Notes: generated from the sequence alone by a model not told the origin. 64,000 nt of DNA from a virus (IMGVR_UViG_3300012933_000388:1-64000), one strand, 5' to 3'; numbered from the stretch's first letter, positions 26,014 to 32,561 are shown. Numbers and translations: made by a program.

Positions 26014-26211
26014 ATGAAGTATAATGTAAAGAAGTTCCATGCTATCCTAGCAAAGGCACATTTGGAGATTGGTCCAAATGCAGATACAACGGCTTTGGCG
26101 GATAAGTTTGCTGAGTTGCTTGTGAGAGAATGTATCGATGTGTTATCGGAAGACGATGGGGCTACTCATCACGAGCAGTTGTTGCTCAATCATTTTGGAG
26201 TGAAACAATGA
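26014..26211 (+). CDS. FAELLxxEC paralog family protein
   Basis: LADKFAELLVRECIDVL...LLNHFGVKQ. Confidence 0.6.
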   Translation: MKYNVKKFHAILAKAHLEIGPNADTTALADKFAELLVRECIDVLSEDDGATHHEQLLLNHFGVKQ

Positions 26212-26336
26212 CATCAGCTCAATTCATGTGTATTATCGGGACAATCTACTTGGTTCCTGATATGAGTAAGGAATACCGGGCATTTGCCGGTATTGTATGT
26301 TTTGTTGTTGCTATTGTGACGGAATTCTTATCGTGA
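26208..26336 (+). CDS. small membrane protein (42 aa)
   Basis: ATGA overlap. Two short hydrophobic segments. Confidence 0.35.
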   Translation: MTSAQFMCIIGTIYLVPDMSKEYRAFAGIVCFVVAIVTEFLS

Positions 26337-26503
26337 CAGAGCAACAAATCATTGATACATACAACAAGATGGTAGCGCACTATGGTGATATGCTACCGAA
26401 TCCAGAACATTGCCCTAAGGAATTTCAATATTATGTCAAACTCTTCGCATACACTGAGAACGCTAATTCTGGAGAGAATCAAGCATATTCGGCCAACAGT
26501 TAA
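26333..26503 (+). CDS. hypothetical protein (GTG start)
   Basis: GTGA overlap with the upstream stop. Overlaps the next candidate in another frame. Confidence 0.35.
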   Translation: MTEQQIIDTYNKMVAHYGDMLPNPEHCPKEFQYYVKLFAYTENANSGENQAYSANS

Positions 26504-26606
26504 TCTATCAGACTTTGATGATCATGGAGACCGTGATCTGTTGGATGATTTTGAAGAGATCCTGACTGAGTATATTGAGCAACAGAGGATAGCTGACGCT
26601 GAATAA
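26433..26606 (+). CDS. hypothetical acidic protein
   Basis: ATG 26433. Overlaps 26333-26503 by 71 nt in another frame, and only one of the two may be real. Confidence 0.35.
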   Translation: MSNSSHTLRTLILERIKHIRPTVNLSDFDDHGDRDLLDDFEEILTEYIEQQRIADAE

Positions 26607-26613
26607 ACAGCAC

Positions 26614-27141
26614 TCAATATCTTCTTAGATAGTCCTTAACCTCAGGACTTCTACCCCATACCCAGCCTTCGGGTAATTCGCGCTTTCGCCCCTCTGATCC
26701 AGTAATAGGATGATGACACCACTTCAATCCAGTCGTAGTCGGCTTACCCATACGAGCCATGGCAACAAGAGCCTTACCCATAGCAGACTTACGACTTCCC
26801 CTAGCATTACTAGGCTTACCACGCTTAGCAATAGCCATCTTCGCCTTAGTCTCATCAGACATAGTCTTACCGGTATTAGCTAACTTAACAGCAGCAACCA
26901 TCTTCATCTTCTCATCTTCAGTGAAGTATTTCCATCCCCACTTCTTCTTTACAATAGCATCCTCATAGACATCAGAGACATTATATTGCTTCTTGAGACG
27001 ATCAATAACACTAGCATAATTGCCAGAATCTTTGATCATTGCTACCTTTTCCCATGCCCGACCATGATCGTTGTAAAATTGTTTATCGCCCTTATCGGAC
27101 GTTCTGAGCGTTCTATCCCGGAGGTAAACAGTGATAAGCAT
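26614..27141 (-). CDS. homing-endonuclease-like DNA-binding protein (NUMOD3-type repeats), no recognisable nuclease domain
   Basis: Opposite strand to the surrounding array. GKTMSDETKAKMAIAKRGKP and GSRKSAMGKALVAMARMGKP NUMOD3-like repeats, plus a C-terminal LPEGWVWGR tail as in T4 Seg/Mob proteins. No GIY-YIG or HNH motif is visible. Confidence 0.5.
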   Translation of the reverse strand: MLITVYLRDRTLRTSDKGDKQFYNDHGRAWEKVAMIKDSGNYASVIDRLKKQYNVSDVYEDAIVKKKWGWKYFTEDEKMKMVAAVKLANTGKTMSDETKAKMAIAKRGKPSNARGSRKSAMGKALVAMARMGKPTTTGLKWCHHPITGSEGRKRELPEGWVWGRSPEVKDYLRRY

Positions 27142-27232
27142 ACGTATATTCCATAATTGATTAATCCTAATATATAGGAAACAATGTATTTTTATGAGAA
27201 ATACTCGTATTACTTCTTGCAGATATTAATAC

Positions 27233-27253
27233 CGCATCTTAAACTAGTATGTA
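27233..27253. repeat. 21-nt direct repeat copy 1 (CGCATCTTAAACTAGTATGTA)
   Basis: Repeated at 27306-27326 with one mismatch and 73-nt spacing. Lies in ORF-free DNA upstream of the minus-strand HEG-like gene. Confidence 0.8.
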
Positions 27254-27305
27254 CGGGAATATAGAATGATGTGCGGGAAAATAGTTCAGTCGTACAGTAT
27301 ATGCG

Positions 27306-27326
27306 CGCGTCTTAAACTAGTATGTA
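27306..27326. repeat. 21-nt direct repeat copy 2 (CGCGTCTTAAACTAGTATGTA)
   Basis: See copy 1. Confidence 0.8.
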
Positions 27327-27370
27327 GCCCCTGCAGTCGACTCTAGGGATAGACCAAAGTGGTCCAGCAA

Positions 27371-27628
27371 TCAGCAGTAGTTCGCTTCACATAGCAGGAA
27401 AGACTCCTCCATAACTGCATCCAAGTCAACGCTAGGCTGTGTCATCATTAGCTGGCAGAGTACGCGCGGAAAGATGTAGCATGTTTGTGTCCCGTGTAGC
27501 TCAGTGCATGACACTAAGTCAGCAGGCAGCTTCTTTACAGTGAAAACGCTACCAGCCTTTAGTGTTAACGTGTTGCTGATTTTGTGTTCAGTTTTCAGCG
27601 TTGAGTACCAAATTTTAGCCATATTCAT
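27371..27628 (-). CDS. hypothetical protein
   Basis: Minus-strand ORF with AAGGATGA SD region, downstream of minus-strand promoter 27748-27776. Confidence 0.45.
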   Translation of the reverse strand: MNMAKIWYSTLKTEHKISNTLTLKAGSVFTVKKLPADLVSCTELHGTQTCYIFPRVLCQLMMTQPSVDLDAVMEESFLLCEANYC

Positions 27629-27660
27629 CCTTGTTCAGTCAAAAGTGCCAGTTTCATTCT

Positions 27661-27686
27661 GGAAACAAAATAGCCACTCTGCCCCC
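27661..27686. repeat. GGAAACAAAA-nn-GCCA-n-GCCCCC motif copy 1
   Basis: GGAAACAAAATAGCCACTCTGCCCCC. Related copies are at 27695-27717 and 29752-29777. Confidence 0.7.
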
Positions 27687-27694
27687 ACAAACCT

Positions 27695-27717
27695 GGAAAC
27701 AAAAGCGCCACTGATCC
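27695..27717. repeat. GGAAACAAAA motif copy 2
   Basis: GGAAACAAAAGCGCCACTGATCC. Confidence 0.6.
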
Positions 27718-27747
27718 TCGCACTAGTCATGCGATTGAATGAATCCC

Positions 27748-27776
27748 ATTATACCACAGTTTTAGTGTATTGACAA
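27748..27776 (-). promoter_or_regulatory. sigma70-type promoter with extended -10 (minus strand)
   Basis: Minus strand reads TTGTCA-N17-TATAAT preceded by TGG (TGnTATAAT). About 120-nt leader to ATG 27628. Confidence 0.5.
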
Positions 27777-27803
27777 CTAGCTAGGAATAGCCAATTGCCC
27801 CGT

Positions 27804-28022
27804 TCACTTTGTAGTACTATATGTGTATACGCCAGAAGGCTTACCAAAGATATTATTTCCATACACTTCCACTCTAACGGTCTTGCCATTTCCGAATGGA
27901 TTAATGCCATATTTGAATGCATTTCGGAATGTTTTATAGCCACTGATAATACAGCGGTTATTCATTCCTACCTCATCATAGCTACCATCTGCATTCTGCT
28001 TAGTCACCAAATAGCTAGTCAT
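27804..28022 (-). CDS. hypothetical protein (72 aa)
   Basis: AAGGAG SD 9 nt upstream of ATG 28022. The ORF-track N-terminal extension was rejected. Confidence 0.55.
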   Translation of the reverse strand: MTSYLVTKQNADGSYDEVGMNNRCIISGYKTFRNAFKYGINPFGNGKTVRVEVYGNNIFGKPSGVYTYSTTK

Positions 28023-28026
28023 TGAT

Positions 28027-28146
28027 TCATTCTCCTTCAAATGCATTGTCGCCATATGTGTCAAACTCAGTACCCTGGTTAGCCCAATAGTCGTACTCTT
28101 CACACAGTGCCACTAATTCTTCCAACTCTTGATCGATATTGCTCAT
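28027..28146 (-). CDS. small acidic protein (39 aa)
   Basis: Starts 1 nt after the stop of 28147-28317. MSNIDQELEELVALCEEYDYWANQGTEFDTYGDNAFEGE. Confidence 0.35.
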   Translation of the reverse strand: MSNIDQELEELVALCEEYDYWANQGTEFDTYGDNAFEGE

Positions 28147-28317
28147 TTACTTCCCCTGGTTATAAATGTCGTTTTCTAAATCACAAAACAGCGATTCAGT
28201 GCCATTGACTAGATCTAGTTCACTTTCATCGAAAATGCCTAATCTTTTGCCATGCCAAATCATTCCGAGAACTAACGAGACTTGCTGCTCGTTTAGTGTT
28301 ACTGTGATCTCTTTCAT
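28147..28317 (-). CDS. small hypothetical protein (56 aa)
   Basis: AGGAGA SD 5 nt upstream. First gene after minus-strand promoter 28340-28368. Confidence 0.45.
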   Translation of the reverse strand: MKEITVTLNEQQVSLVLGMIWHGKRLGIFDESELDLVNGTESLFCDLENDIYNQGK

Positions 28318-28339
28318 CGTTATCTCCTATTGAACCACG

Positions 28340-28368
28340 ATTATCTGACAAAAACGAAAGTTGGTCAA
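28340..28368 (-). promoter_or_regulatory. early promoter cassette, minus strand
   Basis: Minus strand reads TTGACC-N17-GATAAT (ttgaccaactttcgtttttgtcagataat), the same family as the plus-strand cassettes. Confidence 0.55.
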
Positions 28369-28528
28369 CATAGGCGATTAGTATCAGACTGAGCTGTACG
28401 CTTATTCTAAAAGTCATTTGTCCGCAGCCGCCGTCCACCCCAGTTGCTTTCGAATGACCCTATTATACATGGTTTTGGGAAGTCGGCAACTAGGCTGTAA
28501 GTATCAGACTAGAGTTGAAGGGTACTGG

Positions 28529-28557
28529 TTGTACAAATTCCAAAACTATTGTACAAT
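28529..28557 (+). promoter_or_regulatory. early promoter cassette (island variant)
   Basis: TTGTAC-N17-TACAAT, spacer aaattccaaaactattg. Confidence 0.5.
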
Positions 28558-28578
28558 AGTGTTTTAGGAGATAAAAAA

Positions 28579-28917
28579 ATGAATAAAGTTGTTTTTGGTT
28601 TTGGTGTGAGTGTTGATTTTATTAAAAAGAATGTTGATTTTGATTTTGAATTTGAGGGTAGTGGTGTATATGAGTTTGTTGGTGGTAGTGGTGAAATATA
28701 TGGTTATGAGAAGATTAGTAATAATAATGAAGTTGAATTGATGAATGTGGATGATATTCTAAATTCTATTGTTGATGAAGATTTTAGTGAAAAAGATATT
28801 AACAAATTGAAAGAGTTTGTTTTTAGTGATTTTGATGATGATTTGGGTTGTGAGAAAATGAGGTATGTTTGTTGTTATGGTGAGGATGATTTTAGAGAAT
28901 ATTATTATGTGAAATAA
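28579..28917 (+). CDS. acidic hypothetical protein encoded by a nearly C-free ORF
   Basis: TAGGAG SD then ATG 28579. Only 3 cytosines in the ORF, and the product lacks A, P, T, H and Q. N-terminal MNKVVFGFGV resembles 29337 and 30209 ORF products. Confidence 0.55.
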   Translation: MNKVVFGFGVSVDFIKKNVDFDFEFEGSGVYEFVGGSGEIYGYEKISNNNEVELMNVDDILNSIVDEDFSEKDINKLKEFVFSDFDDDLGCEKMRYVCCYGEDDFREYYYVK

Positions 28918-28923
28918 TAACAT

Positions 28924-28980
28924 ACTAAAATGTAAGCTTATTTTAAAAAAGTTGTACAAAATTGAAATTTGTATTATAAT
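28924..28980 (+). repeat. 57-nt direct repeat copy 1 containing promoter TTGTAC-N17-TATAAT (28952-28980)
   Basis: actaaaatgtaagcttattttaaaaaagttgtacaaaattgaaatttgtattataat is almost identical to 29246-29303. Confidence 0.8.
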
Positions 28981-29025
28981 ATATTTGTAATTTGATAAAA
29001 TGTAAACTTTTTAAAAGGGGATAGT

Positions 29026-29208
29026 ATGAAAGTAGCAAAAGTTGTGTTGAACATTGAAGTGTCAATTAATGAAAATGATTATAATGATTTGATGGCAAAT
29101 TTGAAAGATGTTTGTGGGTTGACTAATAAGTGTGACTTAGAAAATTATATTAGTGATGGTTTAGTGTATGATATTGAGAAAAATAATAGTAAGTTTTTGT
29201 TTGATTAA
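29026..29208 (+). CDS. acidic hypothetical protein (C-poor ORF)
   Basis: AAGGGGA SD. 6 cytosines in 183 nt. Confidence 0.5.
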   Translation: MKVAKVVLNIEVSINENDYNDLMANLKDVCGLTNKCDLENYISDGLVYDIEKNNSKFLFD

Positions 29209-29214
29209 AAGTGG

Positions 29215-29238
29215 GAGGGACACGAAAGTGTCCTTTCT
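29215..29238 (+). terminator. rho-independent terminator
   Basis: GGGACAC-gaaa-GTGTCC followed by tttct. Confidence 0.55.
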
Positions 29239-29245
29239 ATACTTT

Positions 29246-29303
29246 ACTAAAATGTAAGCTTATTTGAAAAAAAGTTGTACAAAATTGAAATTTGTATTAT
29301 AAT
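29246..29303 (+). repeat. 58-nt direct repeat copy 2 containing promoter TTGTAC-N17-TATAAT (29275-29303)
   Basis: Differs from copy 1 by one substitution and one extra A. Confidence 0.8.
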
Positions 29304-29336
29304 TGGTTTTCTGTTTAAATGAAAAAGGAATTTGAA

Positions 29337-29714
29337 ATGAATACAAAAGTGTTTAGTTTTGGTGTGGATGAAGATTCGTTAACTTTTGAAACAGAATTTG
29401 ATTCTTTAGAGTCTTATTTTAAAGTGGAAGGAATTCGCTATTGTGGCTATTTCTTAGACAAATATAATACTGAGGTAGTCAATAGTGTTACTGTTCAAGA
29501 TAAAGAGGAACTTTTTGATTATGATGAAGGTGAGTTAGAATTAGCTAAGTTTGATGAAATGGTAGCTAAGTATGATTCATTTTTGAAAAATAATAGTGAT
29601 TATGTGTTAGTCAATTATTGTATTGAATATGATATTTCTTGGATATTAATGAGTAAAGCTGATTATGCTAAGTTTTTAGAATTGTGTGAACTAGAAGTAG
29701 CAAACGAAGAATAA
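29337..29714 (+). CDS. acidic hypothetical protein, paralog of 28579-28917
   Basis: AAAAGGAA SD then ATG 29337. MNTKVFSFGVDEDS parallels MNKVVFGFGVSVDF. Confidence 0.55.
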   Translation: MNTKVFSFGVDEDSLTFETEFDSLESYFKVEGIRYCGYFLDKYNTEVVNSVTVQDKEELFDYDEGELELAKFDEMVAKYDSFLKNNSDYVLVNYCIEYDISWILMSKADYAKFLELCELEVANEE

Positions 29715-29718
29715 AATT

Positions 29719-29742
29719 GGGAACCGAAAGGTTCCCTTTTTT
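29719..29742 (+). terminator. rho-independent terminator
   Basis: GGGAACC-gaaa-GGTTCCC followed by tttttt. Confidence 0.75.
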
Positions 29743-29751
29743 ATCTCTATC

Positions 29752-29777
29752 GGAAACAAAAGTGCCAATCGCCCCCG
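29752..29777. repeat. GGAAACAAAA motif copy 3
   Basis: GGAAACAAAAGTGCCAATCGCCCCC, in the same orientation as copies at 27661 and 27695. Confidence 0.7.
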
Positions 29778-29810
29778 GCCGAGTAAGCTTACACTTTGAT
29801 TGGTTATTGG

Positions 29811-29839
29811 TTGACCAAATTCCAAAACTGTGTGATAAT
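29811..29839 (+). promoter_or_regulatory. early promoter cassette
   Basis: TTGACC-N17-GATAAT, preceded by ttggttattgg. Confidence 0.6.
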
Positions 29840-29868
29840 TCAGTCATCGATTAAATGAAAGGTCTGTT

Positions 29869-30132
29869 ATGACAAAGTTTTTGGTTGAGGTTGTTTCGAT
29901 TGAAGATGGTGAGTATTATTCTGATAACAATGTTTCTGGATCTACTGTGAATGTGACATTACAACGTGGTAGTGACTTTGCTAGTTGTGATCAGATTTTG
30001 TTTTGGGAAGCAACTGATCAAGAAGAGTTAAACGATCTGTTCGATGAGTGGGTCGATTTGGCTATCGGTGGTGAGGAAGGCTATAGTGCTATGATCACTG
30101 AAAATGGTGTTACAAAAATGTATTCTCAATAA
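29869..30132 (+). CDS. hypothetical acidic early protein
   Basis: Single ORF between two cassettes. SD AAAGG. Confidence 0.6.
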   Translation: MTKFLVEVVSIEDGEYYSDNNVSGSTVNVTLQRGSDFASCDQILFWEATDQEELNDLFDEWVDLAIGGEEGYSAMITENGVTKMYSQ

Positions 30133-30156
30133 GCTTCGGCTTTGTATGGTTATTGG

Positions 30157-30185
30157 TTGACCAAATCGAAATTTGGTCTTATAAT
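30157..30185 (+). promoter_or_regulatory. early promoter cassette
   Basis: TTGACC-N17-TATAAT-AGAGTCA. Spacer dyad GACCAAAT/ATTTGGTC. Confidence 0.7.
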
Positions 30186-30208
30186 AGAGTCATCTAAAGG
30201 AGATCAGT

Positions 30209-30517
30209 ATGTCATTCAAGTTCGGTGTTTCTTACAACTGTGAAGTTGGTAGCAATTGTGTTGGTGGAGCAGATGATGGTTATTACAGCACTGATATGCT
30301 TGGAAACGATTTGGGCAAGATTTGTTTACACATTCAAGCAAAAGAAGCAGATCCTGATATGACATTGGTACTTAACGATGACAACTTCATCGGCGAACAA
30401 TGTTCACAAGGTGGCAAGGTTGTGGCTTATTTTGGCTACGATTATAACGGCGATGGTGAATTCTATCCAACTATCGTGATTTACGAAGATCCTGTCGACA
30501 TTGAGATTATCGAATAA
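30209..30517 (+). CDS. hypothetical acidic early protein
   Basis: AAAGGAG SD. N-terminal MSFKFGVS resembles the island ORFs. Confidence 0.6.
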   Translation: MSFKFGVSYNCEVGSNCVGGADDGYYSTDMLGNDLGKICLHIQAKEADPDMTLVLNDDNFIGEQCSQGGKVVAYFGYDYNGDGEFYPTIVIYEDPVDIEIIE

Positions 30518-30541
30518 CCTTACACTCTAGTAAGGTATTGG

Positions 30542-30570
30542 TTGACCAAATTTCGATTTGGTCTGATAAT
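30542..30570 (+). promoter_or_regulatory. early promoter cassette
   Basis: TTGACC-N17-GATAAT-AGAGTCA. Spacer dyad GACCAAAT/ATTTGGTC. Confidence 0.7.
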
Positions 30571-30596
30571 AGAGTCATTGATACAGGAGAAGTAGA

Positions 30597-30860
30597 ATGA
30601 GTACAAAGACACGTTTGGTAGCACGCACAGTTTGTGACCTCACTGGCAAAGGCCATGTGATCTATAATGACAAGATGGCTGATGGTCGCCGCAGTCTGAA
30701 GGTTTGGGGTTGGGGTGAAGACGAATATTACAGAGCTAAGTCATTGCTCGAAGTAATGGGCTGTAATGTCAAGCTGGTTGTGAATGAGCGCTTCGATGCT
30801 CGTTGGGGCGGCAATATCGTTGTGCGTCGATTGCACGTGACTGAGAATGTGACATACTGA
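30597..30860 (+). CDS. hypothetical early protein
   Basis: CAGGAG SD. Confidence 0.6.
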   Translation: MSTKTRLVARTVCDLTGKGHVIYNDKMADGRRSLKVWGWGEDEYYRAKSLLEVMGCNVKLVVNERFDARWGGNIVVRRLHVTENVTY

Positions 30861-30870
30861 GGAGAATGAG

Positions 30871-31242
30871 ATGAGTACACGCAGCTTTATTGGGTATCAG
30901 CATAACGTTGGTGAGTTTCGTGGCATGTACTGTCACTATGACGGCTACCCTAGTCACGTGGGTGCAATTCTAGCAAAGCACCACAGCAGCTTCGAATCTC
31001 TATGTGAGATCGTCTATGGTGGACAGATCCGCAACTTCGATAATGATGGCACAATCGTCCGTTTCGGTGATGAAGGCGACGACAATCCAGAAAGCTTTGT
31101 CAATCTCGCTGAGGTATTGAATGATGTGTATGATTATGCATATCTGTTTGATCAGGGTGAAAATCGTTGGAGATGCTTCGAACGCAATCGTGACCTTCTT
31201 ATTGAAGAAGTCAACATCCCCGTGAATGAGCTTACAGTTTGA
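30871..31242 (+). CDS. hypothetical early protein (YCHYDGYPS motif family)
   Basis: GAGGAG SD. FIGYQ...GMYCHYDGYPSHVG is a recurrent phage/bacterial motif of unknown function. Confidence 0.6.
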   Translation: MSTRSFIGYQHNVGEFRGMYCHYDGYPSHVGAILAKHHSSFESLCEIVYGGQIRNFDNDGTIVRFGDEGDDNPESFVNLAEVLNDVYDYAYLFDQGENRWRCFERNRDLLIEEVNIPVNELTV

Positions 31243-31262
31243 TCTGGTACTTTTAGCCCGAG

Positions 31263-31291
31263 TTGTCCAAATTCCAAATTGGACTGATAAT
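31263..31291 (+). promoter_or_regulatory. early promoter cassette
   Basis: TTGTCC-N17-GATAAT-AGAGTCA. Dyad GTCCAA/TTGGAC. Confidence 0.65.
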
Positions 31292-31317
31292 AGAGTCATC
31301 TTTTAAGGAGTACCCGA

Positions 31318-31662
31318 ATGATTGCATTGCCACATAACCCAGAGTTGTTTGTTCCACACCACACATTGCAAAAGCTGATGTACGATAAGGCGTTGATCAA
31401 GCAATTGGCCATTCAAATCGTTGCAGGGCAAGTGGAGGCTCACATCGAGATGGGTTGCGATATGCCGAGTGAGTACAACAATCACGCAGATACTGCGGCT
31501 ATGATTGGCGATGCTAAAGTAACTGCAGAGGAATACTTCGCAGATTTAGTGACTGAATTCCGCGATGCAGTATATGAGGCAATCCGTACTGTTGAAGTCA
31601 ACGTGAAATCGACTACGTTTTCACCAGAGGGCTTGGAAGATGCAGTTGTGGAGGTGCAATAA
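31318..31662 (+). CDS. hypothetical early protein
   Basis: TAAGGAG SD. Confidence 0.6.
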   Translation: MIALPHNPELFVPHHTLQKLMYDKALIKQLAIQIVAGQVEAHIEMGCDMPSEYNNHADTAAMIGDAKVTAEEYFADLVTEFRDAVYEAIRTVEVNVKSTTFSPEGLEDAVVEVQ

Positions 31663-31841
31663 TGTATACGATCGATGAATTTGAAATGCTAATGAATGAG
31701 TCATACCCTGCGATATTGATTGGCGGCCGCGAGTATGGCCGCGGCACTACATTGCGTGCAGTCGATCCAAAGCAATTCGAAATCGAATTCCATGACTGGA
31801 TGCATTATTTGGATGAGTGTGAAGAAGACCGCGTGAATTGA
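31662..31841 (+). CDS. small hypothetical protein (59 aa, below ORF-track cutoff)
   Basis: TAATG junction with the upstream stop. MYTIDEFEMLMNESYP... Confidence 0.4.
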   Translation: MYTIDEFEMLMNESYPAILIGGREYGRGTTLRAVDPKQFEIEFHDWMHYLDECEEDRVN

Positions 31842-31869
31842 ATACCCTTACAAAGTAGAAGCTTATCCG

Positions 31870-31898
31870 TTGACGGAATGTCGATTTGGACTTATAAT
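31870..31898 (+). promoter_or_regulatory. early promoter cassette
   Basis: TTGACG-N17-TATAAT-AGAGTCA. Confidence 0.65.
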
Positions 31899-31922
31899 AG
31901 AGTCATTGCAAACAAAGGATGA

Positions 31923-32534
31923 ATGATGTATAAGATCGCTGAGTATGATTTGGTCAACATTGGCCGCAACGGTATGGGTTCGATTCGCTGCAAGGTGACT
32001 GGCTTTTGGAGTGGCGATTCAATCACTCTGTATATTGATCGTCGCTTTAGCACGGTAAAAGAACCAGGTTGGAGAATCACATTATCTAACTCTTCTGGAG
32101 GCCGCGATACTGATGAGGTTGCAGACGACCTAGATGCATATAAGAATTATGCAGCCGCACTCGAAGCGATGTGTGACGTCGGTAAGATGGTTCGTATGGA
32201 GCTCCCTAAGATGGAAGCCGCATATCAAGTGCAACGCGAAGCGGACCGTCAAGAGCGTGAAGCTCAGAAGGCTGCAGAACAAGCGAAGGTTGAAGCTGAT
32301 GAGCGATTGACCGAAGTAGGCGCAACTTTGCTGGTGGAAGAGATGGCTCTGACAGGCGCATATGCACACGCTTACTATCGTGGTAGCGATGAAGTGCGAT
32401 TGGTGGAGTGCGTTCGTCGCGAAAAGACAAAGTACTACTTTGCTGGTAGCATCATGGCTAAGAAGGCTCTGATTGCTAAGTTGGCTGAGATGTCGGCACG
32501 TTCACGTATTCCTGCGGAATTGAAGGCAGCTTAA
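31923..32534 (+). CDS. hypothetical early protein with coiled-coil segment
   Basis: AAAGGATGA SD. QREADRQEREAQKAAEQAKVEADE. Confidence 0.6.
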   Translation: MMYKIAEYDLVNIGRNGMGSIRCKVTGFWSGDSITLYIDRRFSTVKEPGWRITLSNSSGGRDTDEVADDLDAYKNYAAALEAMCDVGKMVRMELPKMEAAYQVQREADRQEREAQKAAEQAKVEADERLTEVGATLLVEEMALTGAYAHAYYRGSDEVRLVECVRREKTKYYFAGSIMAKKALIAKLAEMSARSRIPAELKAA

Positions 32535-32561
32535 TAAGCTTCTGAGTTGTAAGGTTACTAG

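Noticed and set aside
26614-27141. Calling this gene a functional GIY-YIG/HNH homing endonuclease or mobile element.
   Set aside because: Only DNA-binding-type NUMOD3-like repeats and the C-terminal tail are recognisable. No catalytic motif is visible, so the activity claim is not supported.
27190-27215. On the minus strand, AGTAATACGAGTATTTCTCATAAA loosely resembles a T7-type promoter (TAATACGACTCACTATA).
   Set aside because: The match is limited to TAATACGA. No single-subunit RNA polymerase gene is in the window, and the phage is T4-like.
27331-27350. CTGCAGTCGACTCTAGGGAT resembles the PstI-SalI-XbaI stretch of pUC-type polylinkers (CTGCAGGTCGACTCTAGAGGAT). That raises the possibility of a cloning or assembly artefact or an engineered insertion.
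   Set aside because: It differs from the polylinker by two indels and has no flanking vector sequence (no lacZ or M13 primer sites). It lies in otherwise phage-like DNA. I regard it as a probable coincidence, but a vector screen such as UniVec would settle it.
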